Assembly (NCBI GenBank): GCA_037189525.1
Contig: JBBCJC010000003.1
Location: 754,351 to 818,350 of the forward strand
Reading direction: 5' to 3'
Length of the DNA: 64,000 nt
Origin: Gemmatimonadales bacterium
Lineage (GTDB): Bacteria > Gemmatimonadota > Gemmatimonadetes > Gemmatimonadales > GWC2-71-9
Shown here: positions 19,100 to 30,690 of the stretch, one piece after another
Numbering within the stretch: the stretch's first letter is position 1
How the letters are laid out: each line of letters opens with the position of its first letter
Position numbers and translations under genes: made by a program
The notes under the pieces: generated by a model
The model's input: only the letters and a program-made list of their open reading frames with translations
Told to the model about the DNA's origin: nothing
The model's database searches: none

Positions 19100-20524
19100 T
19101 TACTTTTTGCGATAACGCCAGCCGGCCACATCGGCGCCGGAGGCCTCCGCGTTGAACCGGTGCGTGGCACCGGCCTCGAGCACCGGTACGGCAACTTCCT
19201 TGCTGCCGACCACGTTACCCGCCGCCGTCACGAACTCGACGACCAGCGTGACAGGTTCAGACTTGATGGGCTTGCCCTGGGCATCCGTCGGCGCCCGGCC
19301 GGTCGCGACACCCTCCAGTCGAGCAGAACTGCGCCCGATCTGGAACCCGACGACCTCGACCTGGACCGGCAGACCGATCAACGTCTCGGCGGCCTTGACC
19401 ATCTCGTCCTGCTGCTCCAGACCCCGATGGCCCTGGCCCAACAACCGATAGGCGTCTTCGTTCATCGGCTCGATCGCCACCAGCTTCTTGGACGTCTCGA
19501 CCAGCTTGGCGTTGTCCTTGAGCGCGAGGTAGGCGTTGGCCAGGTTGTACACCGCGTCCCGGCTGTACGGGTTACGGCTGACGGCCTTGTCGAACGCCTC
19601 CGCCGCCCGCTGGAAATCCTGGGCGTTGAAGGCCGCGACGCCGATCGACAGGATGTCGCCGGTTTCGAGAGAGTCGAGGTTCTGCTTCGACAGCTCGGTC
19701 AGCATGGCGCGCTCGATCGAATCCGCCTGGGCGGTCTGACCGGCGCCACGATACGACTGCGCCAGCGCCTTGCGAGCATCGACGTTGGTGGGCTCCCAGG
19801 CCAGGTACTTGGTCAGCGTACCAATCGCATCCTGATGACGGCCCAGCCGCTGCTGCATCAACGCGAGGTTGAGCGCGTTGGAGTTCCGGTCGCCAATGGC
19901 CGTGGTGTCGGACTCGGCGTTGGTCTCGGCGATCTTGAGCGCCTTGGCAAAGAAGGTCGCGGCCGAGTCGTCCTTGCCGGCGTTGGCGTAGAGCACGCCG
20001 AGGTTGGCGGCGACGTGCGGCAGCTCGTCGAAGAGCTTGTCGGCGTCGCGGAACAGGACCATGGCCTCGTCGATCTTGTTGTCGCGCTGGAGCTCGAGGC
20101 CCGCGTTGGCGAGCTGGGCCCAGGCGTTCTGGCGGTACTGGCCAATGTCGAGTTCGCACTGCGGCTGCAGCGCCGCGGCCTTGGTAAAGGCGGAGTCGAC
20201 GCCGTCGACGTCACCCTGCATCAGGTAGACCCGGGCCAGGTAGTACCACGCGGCCGCGTTCTGGTCCTGTCCTTCTCCCGTAATCGACTTGACCAGGATG
20301 TCTTTGGCCTTGGTGAGCTCGGCGGCCTTGTCTGCCTTGGCGTCATGCGCCTTCTTGAGCGCGTCGACACCCTTGTTGATATTGCCGGCCGGCCGGAGAG
20401 GACAAAGCGGGACCGCAAACTTCTCCGGCTGGAACTCTGCCAGCTTCGGCTGGAGCGTAGGGCTCTGGGCCGACGCGGTGCTCGCGAGCACCGTGGCGAA
20501 GATCCCAGTCCAGATGCGCTTCAT
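19100..20524 (-). CDS. Exported TPR-repeat protein
   Basis: Signal peptide MKRIW...ASA|Q, multiple TPR helices, a short beta-rich C-terminal domain and a GGAG RBS. Confidence 0.82.
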   Translation of the reverse strand: MKRIWTGIFATVLASTASAQSPTLQPKLAEFQPEKFAVPLCPLRPAGNINKGVDALKKAHDAKADKAAELTKAKDILVKSITGEGQDQNAAAWYYLARVYLMQGDVDGVDSAFTKAAALQPQCELDIGQYRQNAWAQLANAGLELQRDNKIDEAMVLFRDADKLFDELPHVAANLGVLYANAGKDDSAATFFAKALKIAETNAESDTTAIGDRNSNALNLALMQQRLGRHQDAIGTLTKYLAWEPTNVDARKALAQSYRGAGQTAQADSIERAMLTELSKQNLDSLETGDILSIGVAAFNAQDFQRAAEAFDKAVSRNPYSRDAVYNLANAYLALKDNAKLVETSKKLVAIEPMNEDAYRLLGQGHRGLEQQDEMVKAAETLIGLPVQVEVVGFQIGRSSARLEGVATGRAPTDAQGKPIKSEPVTLVVEFVTAAGNVVGSKEVAVPVLEAGATHRFNAEASGADVAGWRYRKK

Positions 20525-20744
20525 CGTTTCGACTCCTTGGTTGACTTACTTCCATGATCGCACGCCCCGATGCGAGCGCGACCGTTCCAATGACGTTAGA
20601 GGGGGCCCGTAGTTGCACCGGCGCGACGCAAAATCGACTGGATTCAGGCGCTCACGGCGCAAGCCCCACGGGTCGGGGGCTCGGTGCCACGATCGGGCAC
20701 AGACATAGAAATATCGCCCCTGCCCGAGATTCCGGCAACCAGCC

Positions 20745-21890
20745 TCAGCGATAGAGCCATCCCGCCCCGGTATTGAAAATGACGACCCGATCTTCCGGAC
20801 CGATCGACCCCTCGCGGCGGAGCAGCTCGGCGGCGGCGAGAGCGGCCCCACCCTCAGGAGAAAAATCGACACCGGTCCGGGCCGTAGCCCCTGAGGCTGC
20901 GGTCGAGAGCGCCGCCTCGGTCACGGCCACGGCGCCACCGCCGCTGTCGCGCAGGGCTGTGAGCATGAGACGGTCGCCCAGGGGGCCCGGGACCCGGAGG
21001 CCGCTGGCGCTGGTCTGTGGGTCCGGCCACGGCTGGCACTGGTCTGCCCCGGTCCGAAACGCTGTAACCACGGGGGCGCAGCCCTCGGCCTGCACCGTAA
21101 ACATCCGCGGCATCGGGCCGGTGAGCCACCCCGCATCCCGGAGTTCGCCGAAGACCTTCCACATCCCGATCAGGCCGGTGCCGCCCCCGGTCGGGTAGAT
21201 GATGACCTCCGGCAAGGTCCAACCCAACTGCTCCGCGAGTTCGAGACCCAGGGTCTTCTTGCCCTCGATCCGATAGGGCTCGCGCAGGGTGGACAGATCG
21301 AACGCCCCGGACTCGGCCGCGTATGCGCGGCTGGCCTTCCCGCAGTCGCCGATATGCCCATCGAGCAGTTCGAGCCGGGCGCCGAATCGCCGGATCTGAT
21401 CGAGAATGGGAGCGGGCGTGGTGGCTGGTGCGTAGACCCGCACCGGCACTCCGGCGCGCGCGCCATACGCCGCCGCGGCCACGCCGGCGTTGCCCGCCGT
21501 CGGCAAGGTAAAGCTCGGTGCTCCCCCAGCGACGGCCCGCGTCACGGCGGCTGCGAGACCACGCGACTTGAATGAGCCGGTGGGGTTGGTTCCCTCATCT
21601 TTGACCAGAAGTCCGGGAAGACCGATCGGCTCGCCCCAGATCGGGATCGGGAGGAGCGGCGTATCACCTTCGCCGAGGGTGACGGGCGCTTCGCCGGGTT
21701 CGAGCGGCAGAAACGATCGGAAGCGCCACATCCCGCGCCCTGCCATGGCCGCGCGACGATCCTCGGGTCCGTGGGACCGGCCGGGATAGCGTACCAACCA
21801 GGGGCGCTGGCAGGTGGGACAGACGGTCGGGAGACCGGCGGCGGATTCGGTGGCTCCGCAGAGCGAGCATTCGAGATGCCAGGAACTCAT
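20745..21890 (-). CDS. thrC: Threonine synthase (fold-type II PLP enzyme)
   Basis: N-terminal CxxC...CPxC, LGEGDTPL, NPTGSFK.RG, RIEGKKT and PTGGGTG. Confidence 0.85.
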   Translation of the reverse strand: MSSWHLECSLCGATESAAGLPTVCPTCQRPWLVRYPGRSHGPEDRRAAMAGRGMWRFRSFLPLEPGEAPVTLGEGDTPLLPIPIWGEPIGLPGLLVKDEGTNPTGSFKSRGLAAAVTRAVAGGAPSFTLPTAGNAGVAAAAYGARAGVPVRVYAPATTPAPILDQIRRFGARLELLDGHIGDCGKASRAYAAESGAFDLSTLREPYRIEGKKTLGLELAEQLGWTLPEVIIYPTGGGTGLIGMWKVFGELRDAGWLTGPMPRMFTVQAEGCAPVVTAFRTGADQCQPWPDPQTSASGLRVPGPLGDRLMLTALRDSGGGAVAVTEAALSTAASGATARTGVDFSPEGGAALAAAELLRREGSIGPEDRVVIFNTGAGWLYR

Positions 21891-21929
21891 CGGACCTTGA
21901 TCGGTTGAAGGATACCGGACGGTCGGAAT

Positions 21930-23747
21930 TCACGACCCGGCGGGATTGCGCAGCTGCTCCACGATACGATCGGCCAGTGTGGTCGAGACGCCGGGTACCG
22001 TGGCGATTTCCGCGGCCGTCGCGGAACGGATTCCTGCCAAGCTGCCGAATCGTTCGATCAGCGCGCGCCGCCTGGAGGCCCCGATGCCGGGGATGCCGAG
22101 CAGTTCGGATGTAATGGTGCGCTTGGTGCGCCGCTTCCGATTGTATTCGACTCCGAAGCGGTGAGCCTCGTCCCGCGCGCGCTGGAGGAGCTTGAGCCCC
22201 GCGTGCCGGCGCGACAAACGCAACGGCTCCTCGACGCCCGGGAGATAAATCTCCTCTTCGCGCTTGGCGAGGCCGATGAACGGGATACCGGTCAGGCCGA
22301 TCGAGTGGGCGGCCGAGAGTGCCGCGCCCAGTTGGCCCTTCCCGCCGTCGATGACGACCAGGTCGGGCAGCGGTTTCTGTTCGTCGATCCGGCGCCGGAA
22401 GTAGCGGGTGACCACTTCGTGGATCGAGGCGAAGTCGTCCTGCTGCTCGATCGTCTTGATCTTGAACTTCCGGTATTCGGCCTTCTTGGGGCGCCCCGCT
22501 TCGAACCAGACCAGCGACCCCACCGTATCCCTGCCCTGATTGGTCGAGATGTCGATGCAGATCAGCGTCCGCGGCACGGTCGGCAGGCCGAGGGCGCGGC
22601 CGAGCGCGTAGACGGGATCGTCGGAGCGTTCGTCGGTTTCGAAGGACTCGAGCTTGAGACTTTCGAGCAGGTGTCGCGCGTTCTGATCGGCCAGGTCGAG
22701 CCAGCGCCGGCCGGTGCCCCGGACCGGCACGCTCAACTCGCCCCCCGCGAAGACGACTTCGATCTGCTCGAGATCGCCGGGCAGGAACGGCAGCACCACG
22801 CGCTTGGTGCGATCGTCGGTGCCGAGATAGTACCTGAGCAGGAAATGCTCGAGGATCGCGGGATCTTCCTCTTCCTCGAGATTTTCGAGGATGCGATGAT
22901 CCCGGGCAATCAGCTTCCCTTCGCGAACCTTGAGCAACACGGCCACGGCGTCGTCGCCATCGCGAGCGTATCCGATCACGTCCGCATCGCCGCCGGCCAT
23001 CAGATCGACCGAAGTCGGCGTTTCGAGTTGCTCCAGCCATTTGAGGGCGTCGCGCAAGTCGCGGGCGCGCTCGTAATCTTCGCGCCCGCTGGCCTCGGCC
23101 ATCATGTCACGCATCCGGCTCCGGACGTCGACGGTCCGTCCTTCGAGGAAGCGCAGCACCTCGTCGATCATGGCCCGGTAGGCGGCCTGATCCTGCCAGC
23201 CGACGCACGGCGCAAGGCAGCGACCGATGTGGTAGTCGAGACACGGACGCTCGCGCCGCACCAGCGGGATGTCGTCTGCGCAGCTCCGCACCGTGAAGAT
23301 GCGCCGGATCAGCGACAGCGTTCGCCGCATCTCGCTCACATCGGTGTACGGCCCGAAGTATCGCGCGCCGGGAATGTCCCGACGCCGAGTCACCAGCACG
23401 CGCGGAAACGGTTCGCGAACCGTGACGGCAATCGACGGATAGCTCTTGTCGTCCTTGAGCCGAACGTTGTAGCGAGGCTGGTGCTCCTTGATGAGATTGT
23501 TCTCGAGCAGGAGCGACTGGACTTCGTCGGGAACGACGATGGTCTCGACATCGGCGATGTGGCGCAGCAGCAGCTGGGTTTTGGGGCTGTTCGAGTGATC
23601 GATACCGAAGTAGCTGCGGACCCGGCTGCGGAGATTCTTGGCTTTGCCGACGTAGAGGACGCGCCCGTCCCGATCCTTCCAGAGGTAGACGCCAGGACTG
23701 TCAGGAAGGGTATCGAGCCGCCGCTCGAGGGGAGAAGGTCCGCTCAT
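21930..23747 (-). CDS. uvrC: Excinuclease ABC subunit C
   Basis: GIY-YIG region PGVY..YVGKAKNLRSRVRSY, UVR domain, DISTNQG, IDGGKGQ, RDEAHRF and HhH. ATG at 23747. Confidence 0.97.
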   Translation of the reverse strand: MSGPSPLERRLDTLPDSPGVYLWKDRDGRVLYVGKAKNLRSRVRSYFGIDHSNSPKTQLLLRHIADVETIVVPDEVQSLLLENNLIKEHQPRYNVRLKDDKSYPSIAVTVREPFPRVLVTRRRDIPGARYFGPYTDVSEMRRTLSLIRRIFTVRSCADDIPLVRRERPCLDYHIGRCLAPCVGWQDQAAYRAMIDEVLRFLEGRTVDVRSRMRDMMAEASGREDYERARDLRDALKWLEQLETPTSVDLMAGGDADVIGYARDGDDAVAVLLKVREGKLIARDHRILENLEEEEDPAILEHFLLRYYLGTDDRTKRVVLPFLPGDLEQIEVVFAGGELSVPVRGTGRRWLDLADQNARHLLESLKLESFETDERSDDPVYALGRALGLPTVPRTLICIDISTNQGRDTVGSLVWFEAGRPKKAEYRKFKIKTIEQQDDFASIHEVVTRYFRRRIDEQKPLPDLVVIDGGKGQLGAALSAAHSIGLTGIPFIGLAKREEEIYLPGVEEPLRLSRRHAGLKLLQRARDEAHRFGVEYNRKRRTKRTITSELLGIPGIGASRRRALIERFGSLAGIRSATAAEIATVPGVSTTLADRIVEQLRNPAGS

Positions 23748-25324
23748 CCTCTCGGTCCGAAACGCTGTCGGATTGCGGTCACCGTCGGTACGCCGAACAT
23801 CATCGTCAACACGATGTAGAGTAGTCCATATAGCCCGAGCACCGCCAGATCGACGATCCAGCCGTGTTCGATCGACGACAGAACCAGCCATCCGGCCGCG
23901 GCCGCGAGTATGGCGGATGCCCACAATCGCGCCAGCCGAGGCCAGTCGGTGGCAACGACACCGACCTGCCGGCTCAGCGAGCGGCGCAGCAGGCTGAATT
24001 CGACCCACCCCGCGATGCCCGATCCCAGGGTCAGTCCCGCGGTACCCCAGTGGGCTGGGACGCCCAGCACGATCGGAAGGCTCCACGCGGCCGCGACACC
24101 CAGAACAATACCGGTGGCAACCCGGGCGACGGCACAACGGAACGGCGTTCGGGTATCGCCCAGGGCAAAGTGGGCTGAGGCGTAGAGGCGTCCGAGCGTC
24201 GCCGCCAGGAGACCCACCGTGGCTCCGGCGAGAGTGCCCCAGACCCAGAGTGTGTCCTCACGCGTGAAAGCGCCGCTGCGCAGCACGATCCCGGCGATCA
24301 GGTGACCGAACGCGAGGAACGCGACCACCGAGGGGATGATGAAAAACGCTACGTGGCCGGAAGCCAGACTGACCCGTTGTCGCAGCGCAGCAGCGCGGGC
24401 GCCAGTGGGATCGGGACGATCGTGCCCCGCCGCTTCCGATAGTTCCGGAAGCTCCGCAGCGGCGACCGACATTCCGAACAGACTGACCGGCAGCGTGTAC
24501 AGGAGCTGCGCGTTAGTCAGCGCCGCCACCGAGCCCAGTGGGAGAAAACTCGCAACCATGCCGTCGACGAAGGTGCTGACCTGCACCACGCCACGGCCGA
24601 GCGCCGCAGGGACGAAGTTGCGAAGGACCCGGTCGACGCCGGGCGCACCGCGATCGAGCGAGAGCCGGATACCGCCCAGGAGCCGCCAGACACGCGGCAC
24701 CTGTATCAGCAGCTGCACCAGACTGCCGACGGCCGCTCCCCATGCCGTCCAGATAACCAGACGGTCGGGGTCGGTTTCCTGAGTAGCGCCCCAGAGCGTC
24801 GCCACGATGATGGCGGCATTCCATCCGACCGGAGCGGCGTAGGACAGGAAGAACTTGCGGTGGCTGTTGAGGATGCCCAGACACCAGGCCGACATGGTCA
24901 GCAAGCCGACGCCGGGCAGGATGATGCGCACCAGGCGAATGGCGAGATCCCGCCGGTCGCCGGCAAATCCGGGAACCAGGAGGTCGATGACGGCCGGGGC
25001 CGCCAGCACGCCTAACGCGACGACAGCCGTAACGACCAGTGTGAGCAGGCCCGCAATGGCTCCGGCCAGGCGATGAGCCTCCTCTTGTCGTCCCGCTGCT
25101 CGGAGCTTGGTGTACTCGGGTATCAGCGACGCCGAGAGCGCCCCTTCTCCGAAGAGGTTCTGGAGAAGATTGGGAATCCGGAATGCGGCGGCCAGAGCAT
25201 CGGCCGCGGCGGTGGCCTGGCCAAACTGGTGCGCGATGACCCGCTGGCGTACCAGGCCGGCAAGGCGGCTGGTCAAAATTCCGGCAGCGACGAACGCCGC
25301 TGCACTGCGGCGCGGCGCGCTCAG
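23744..25324 (-). CDS. murJ: Lipid II flippase MurJ (MviN)
   Basis: SRLAGLVR, AFRIPNLLQNLFGEGALSA, LYTLPVSLFG and DTRTP. The start is inferred at CTG 25324 (see findings). Confidence 0.93.
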   Translation of the reverse strand: MSAPRRSAAAFVAAGILTSRLAGLVRQRVIAHQFGQATAAADALAAAFRIPNLLQNLFGEGALSASLIPEYTKLRAAGRQEEAHRLAGAIAGLLTLVVTAVVALGVLAAPAVIDLLVPGFAGDRRDLAIRLVRIILPGVGLLTMSAWCLGILNSHRKFFLSYAAPVGWNAAIIVATLWGATQETDPDRLVIWTAWGAAVGSLVQLLIQVPRVWRLLGGIRLSLDRGAPGVDRVLRNFVPAALGRGVVQVSTFVDGMVASFLPLGSVAALTNAQLLYTLPVSLFGMSVAAAELPELSEAAGHDRPDPTGARAAALRQRVSLASGHVAFFIIPSVVAFLAFGHLIAGIVLRSGAFTREDTLWVWGTLAGATVGLLAATLGRLYASAHFALGDTRTPFRCAVARVATGIVLGVAAAWSLPIVLGVPAHWGTAGLTLGSGIAGWVEFSLLRRSLSRQVGVVATDWPRLARLWASAILAAAAGWLVLSSIEHGWIVDLAVLGLYGLLYIVLTMMFGVPTVTAIRQRFGPRG

Positions 25325-25599
25325 GTGTCGGACGGGGGCGGAAGGGTTGGACCGCGCGGCGATTCGAGCAGCTGCTGCAGGAAGCGGTTCTCGTCCCGCA
25401 ACGACTCGACCGAGCGCTGGAGATCGCCGACCTCGGACTCCAGGATTTCGACCCGCTTGAGCAGATGATCCACCTGGGGCGGGTTGACGGCGGGTCCTTC
25501 GAGACGTCGCGCAATCGCCCGCCCGATCGGCGAGTCGACCAGTACGACGATGATGGGAATCATCAGCGCCGCCAATACGATCAAGCCGAGTAGTGCCAT
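25321..25599 (-). CDS. Small membrane-anchored coiled-coil hypothetical protein
   Basis: N-terminal TM helix followed by a heptad-like segment. It fits tightly between bshC and murJ. Confidence 0.75.
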   Translation of the reverse strand: MALLGLIVLAALMIPIIVVLVDSPIGRAIARRLEGPAVNPPQVDHLLKRVEILESEVGDLQRSVESLRDENRFLQQLLESPRGPTLPPPSDT

Positions 25600-25608
25600 G
25601 TGTCGAGT

Positions 25609-27129
25609 CTAGGGGGTGGCGGTGCCGGCTTCAAGGGCGGCGTCATAGTGCGCGTCGATATGGGACGCAAGTTTTGCCAGCAACGCAGCGCCGCCGTATC
25701 GCCCGCCGAATGCCGGAAACCCGAGGACGCGCTCCTGCGGTTCGCTGTCGGGCCGCACCGCACTCCGCGCCCGATCCAGCTGGCCCACCAGCTCGCCCTG
25801 ACGCCGCTTCTGGGCCTGGAGAAGCCGCTTCTCCAGGTCACCCACCTGGCCGATGGCGGAGTTCTGTCCCGATTGCACCGGCTTTTCCAGGGTCACGTCG
25901 ATCTGTCGCGCCACGGCCGCAATGCGCTCGAACCCCGCCGCAATTGCCTCCCGCATCGCGGCGAACGCCGGGTCGAAATCGTCGGGAGAAAGGCTTTTGA
26001 GGACCCGATGCTCGAGGGTGCTGTCGCCGTCGATCAGATCGGCCACCGCCAGGCCGAACTTGTCGGCTGCCCGGTTGACGCGCGGCTCGATCAGCACGCC
26101 GGACCATCGCGGAACCGGAATCTGCCGATGCGCGCCAAGCGATGAGTAGAGAACCTCTGCCAGGCGGAGATACCGGAGTTCTCCCGGACCGCCGACATAG
26201 GCTACGGTGGGCAGCAGCACGCTTTCCATGACGGGCCTGAGCAGCACGTTCGGCGAGAACCGTTCGGGCTCGGTCCGCGCCAGCGCGTCCAGGTCCGCTT
26301 CGCTGTAGCGCTCACCGCTCCGCCGCGCGATTAGCGTATCGCCTTCCCGCCGGAGCCGGTCGCGCCCCCCTGCCCCTTCGACGAATACCAGCGTGGCGCC
26401 GTCGCCGACTTTGACGGAGACGGGCTGGCCGGCAGCCTCGAGCTGTTCTGCCCGGCTGGCGAGTATGGCATCCAACTCATCGGAGCGCCGCACGGCCTCC
26501 AGGAGGAACGGCGTGGCTGCGCGTTTCACCTCGGGCGCGGACGCATCGAGACACACGATTCCGTACGGATCGAGCAATTCGGCCAACGCCGTCCCGAAGG
26601 CGCGTCCGAGCGACTGGTCGGTCCGATAGTGGCGGCGGAGCCAGGTCAGGATTTCGTCGCGCGATGGGCTCGCGGGTAACGACCGCTCGAGTTCGTCCAG
26701 CCAGCCCGATACCGACGCCGGAACCGGTTCCCGAGCCAGCGGACGGAGAGGGGCGTCGGGATCCCGCGGATCGAGCGTCGCCCGAACCAGCGCGCCGTCG
26801 AGCCCGAACCACGCCGCCGTCGAGCCCTCCGCAAAATCATGATCGTCGCCGGCGACCCAGAACACCGGAACGACCGGCCGTTGCCAGCGGCGTTCGAGTG
26901 CCGCAGCCAGCGATCGCGCCGACAGAGCTTTGTAGATGGTGTAGAGCGGTCCGGTAAAAAGACCGGGTTGCTGTCCGGTGGTCACGACGAGCGCGCCGTC
27001 CGCCAGCTTGGCACGGGCCGCGGCTGCGCCCGGCAGCAACGCGCCTTCCAGTGCGGGGTTCCATCCGCCGGCGCGAGGTTCCGGAATGGCGGGACATCCG
27101 GCCAGCGGTGTATCGACGATCGAAATCAT
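25609..27129 (-). CDS. bshC: Bacillithiol biosynthesis protein BshC
   Basis: VTTGQQPGLFTGPLYTIYKA, PVFWVAGDDHDFAE, FSPNVLLRPV, YVGGPGELRY and PQER. Start is approximate. Confidence 0.9.
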   Translation of the reverse strand: MISIVDTPLAGCPAIPEPRAGGWNPALEGALLPGAAAARAKLADGALVVTTGQQPGLFTGPLYTIYKALSARSLAAALERRWQRPVVPVFWVAGDDHDFAEGSTAAWFGLDGALVRATLDPRDPDAPLRPLAREPVPASVSGWLDELERSLPASPSRDEILTWLRRHYRTDQSLGRAFGTALAELLDPYGIVCLDASAPEVKRAATPFLLEAVRRSDELDAILASRAEQLEAAGQPVSVKVGDGATLVFVEGAGGRDRLRREGDTLIARRSGERYSEADLDALARTEPERFSPNVLLRPVMESVLLPTVAYVGGPGELRYLRLAEVLYSSLGAHRQIPVPRWSGVLIEPRVNRAADKFGLAVADLIDGDSTLEHRVLKSLSPDDFDPAFAAMREAIAAGFERIAAVARQIDVTLEKPVQSGQNSAIGQVGDLEKRLLQAQKRRQGELVGQLDRARSAVRPDSEPQERVLGFPAFGGRYGGAALLAKLASHIDAHYDAALEAGTATP

Positions 27130-27201
27130 GGGTCCGTCTGCAGAATTGTAGGGCGCCGCGAGGCGCGGCCCGATGGCCGACACCGTACGGCACCCGTCGA
27201 G

Positions 27202-27660
27202 CTATTTGTGATACGGCATTCCGTGGAGAATAGTCAGGGCTCGATACCATTGCTCCACGACCACGACACGCGCCAGTTCGTGCGGCAGCGTGAGCGGTCC
27301 CAGGCTCCATCGCGCGTCGGCGCGGGCGACGACCGATTCGTCCACGCCGGTCGACCCTCCGATGACGAGGGCCAGAGTCCGGTGCTGCTGACGCCAGCGA
27401 TCGAGCTGCGCGGCGAGCGCCGTACTCGACCAGGCCGTGCCGGTCCGATCGAGGACGATAACGGCGGCACGATCGGGAATCGCCTCGATCATCCGCCGCC
27501 CTTCGGCCCGGCGCTGCTCCTCGGCGCTGGCCGAGGCGGGCCCTTCCCGGATTTCACGTTCTTCGACCTCGCCGAAGCGTCGGAGGCGTGCGAGATAATC
27601 GTCGCACGCCTCACGAAACGCCGGGCGCAACTTCCCGACGGCAATCAGGTGCGTGACCAC
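27202..27660 (-). CDS. rlmH: 23S rRNA (pseudouridine-1915-N3)-methyltransferase
   Basis: IAVGK, VIGGSTG and SLGPLTLPHELARVVVVEQWYRA.TI..G.PYHK. Confidence 0.95.
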   Translation of the reverse strand: MVTHLIAVGKLRPAFREACDDYLARLRRFGEVEEREIREGPASASAEEQRRAEGRRMIEAIPDRAAVIVLDRTGTAWSSTALAAQLDRWRQQHRTLALVIGGSTGVDESVVARADARWSLGPLTLPHELARVVVVEQWYRALTILHGMPYHK

Positions 27661-27675
27661 CGCCGGGCCTTACTG

Positions 27676-28974
<1,299 letters not shown>

Positions 28975-29020
28975 CGGTAACGATCTCCAAAAGGTTGAGT
29001 CACAACAAGGAGCGCTAAAA

Positions 29021-30064
29021 CTAATCGGCTCCCGAAGTGCGGAGGAGGCCATCCAGCCGGGCTTCGAATTCGGCTTGCCCGTCTTCCCACTGCACTTCGA
29101 GTTCCGCAACGAGCGGCTCCGGAATACTGGCCGGCCAGCGATCGCGTAACTTGACGGCGTCTTTCTCCGTCAGAATCACGAAATCCGCTTTGCGCGCCGC
29201 GCGGGCCAGCCAGGCAACGTCTTCATCGCGAAAATCGTGATGATCGCGCCAGGTGGCCGGCTGGACCTGCGCACCGGTCGCCTTGGTTTGGGCGATGAAT
29301 GCTTCCGGATTGGCAATGGCCGACGCCGCCACGACCCGGCGGCCGGCCAGTTCCGACCGGGCCAGCACCCGCCCCGACACCATACCCCGATACTGCGCCA
29401 CACCCAGATGCACGATGCCGACCGGGCCATCGATCATGGCCCCGAACTCGCGCGCCACCTGCGCTGCCGTTGCCGCATCCGCCCGTTTCCTGGTCACGAT
29501 GATGCAATCGGCACGCCGCGCTCCGGCAGGCGGTTCCCGCCACGGGCCGGCCGGGAGGCACCATCGGACCGCGCGGGCCGATTCGGCCGCCACGAGCAGG
29601 ACATTGAGGTCGCGCCAGACATCGCGCCGCTGGAAGGCATCGTCCAAAATCAGCACTTCGGCACCCCGGGCCGCGGCCAGTTCGGCGCCCCGGACCCGGT
29701 CGGCGTCGGCCACGACGACGGCCTCGGGAACGGTGCGCTGATGGACCAGGACCTCGTCGTGTCCGTACCCGCGCAGGAGAATGCCCGGAATACGGCCCTG
29801 GCGGGCCCACCGGGCCGCGATCCACCCCGCGATGGGGGTTTTACCCGATCCCCCCACCGTGAGGTTGCCTACGGCCACCGTCGGGAGGGGCATGTCCCGG
29901 GTCGGAAGCCAGCCCCGGTCGAACGCCAGGTTGCGGACGCTGGCCCCCGCCCGCCAAAGTCCGGCAAGGGGCACCAGACCTGCCCGGACCAGCCGGGCGT
30001 CGATCCGCCGGCTGGTCCAGAGCCATCGGATCAGCCGATGGCTGTCGCCACGTCGCGCTGCCAT
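29021..30064 (-). CDS. lpxK: Tetraacyldisaccharide 4'-kinase
   Basis: [37 protein letters not shown] and TEKDAVK. Confidence 0.93.
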   Translation of the reverse strand: MAARRGDSHRLIRWLWTSRRIDARLVRAGLVPLAGLWRAGASVRNLAFDRGWLPTRDMPLPTVAVGNLTVGGSGKTPIAGWIAARWARQGRIPGILLRGYGHDEVLVHQRTVPEAVVVADADRVRGAELAAARGAEVLILDDAFQRRDVWRDLNVLLVAAESARAVRWCLPAGPWREPPAGARRADCIIVTRKRADAATAAQVAREFGAMIDGPVGIVHLGVAQYRGMVSGRVLARSELAGRRVVAASAIANPEAFIAQTKATGAQVQPATWRDHHDFRDEDVAWLARAARKADFVILTEKDAVKLRDRWPASIPEPLVAELEVQWEDGQAEFEARLDGLLRTSGAD

Positions 30065-30690
30065 GCGATCTCCGTTTCGATCGTGCTCAATGCCGTCACG
30101 GCCCGCCGAGCGGCCAGGTCGGAGGCGTCGGGACCCGATCCGACCTCGAAGGGTTTGCCGTAGCCGATCCGGACACGGGCCGCCAGCTTGGGAACGACGA
30201 AGCGGTCCCAGGAGGACAGCCGGATGGCCCGGTCGACTTCGGCGTGGATCGGAAGGATGGGAACCGCCGCCTTGGCGGCGGCCGCGAGGATTCCGGGTTT
30301 GAGTTCGCGGCGGGGCCCCCGGGGGCCGTCGGGCGTGAAGGCAACCGGGATGCCCGATTCCAGCGCCTTGATGGCGCCGACCAGAGCGCGCACCCCTCCC
30401 CGGGTACTCGATCCGTAGAGGCAACGATAGCCCAGCCGCTCGGCGTACGCGGCCAGATAGCGTCCGTCGTTGGCCTCGCTCACAACGATGGCAATGCCCT
30501 GATGCCGGTGATGCCAGAGCAGCGGCAAGAGCACCTCGTGCCAAAGCAGGAAGATGAACGGCCGCCCGGCGGTCCGCAGTGCGCGCCAAGCGTCGTCGCC
30601 GCGGGCGTCGATCCGCCAGGTCCGCGCCAGGGTGGACACCAGCGGGCCGACGAGGCGTGCCGTCGACGCGGGCGACAGGCGCCACTTCAT
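30031..30690 (-). CDS. DUF374 / LPLAT-family acyltransferase (LpxJ-like lipid A late acyltransferase candidate)
   Basis: WH, S...DG, GSSTRGG, TPDGPRGP and SWD motifs. It lies between lpxB and lpxK. Confidence 0.8.
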   Translation of the reverse strand: MKWRLSPASTARLVGPLVSTLARTWRIDARGDDAWRALRTAGRPFIFLLWHEVLLPLLWHHRHQGIAIVVSEANDGRYLAAYAERLGYRCLYGSSTRGGVRALVGAIKALESGIPVAFTPDGPRGPRRELKPGILAAAAKAAVPILPIHAEVDRAIRLSSWDRFVVPKLAARVRIGYGKPFEVGSGPDASDLAARRAVTALSTIETEIAWQRDVATAIG

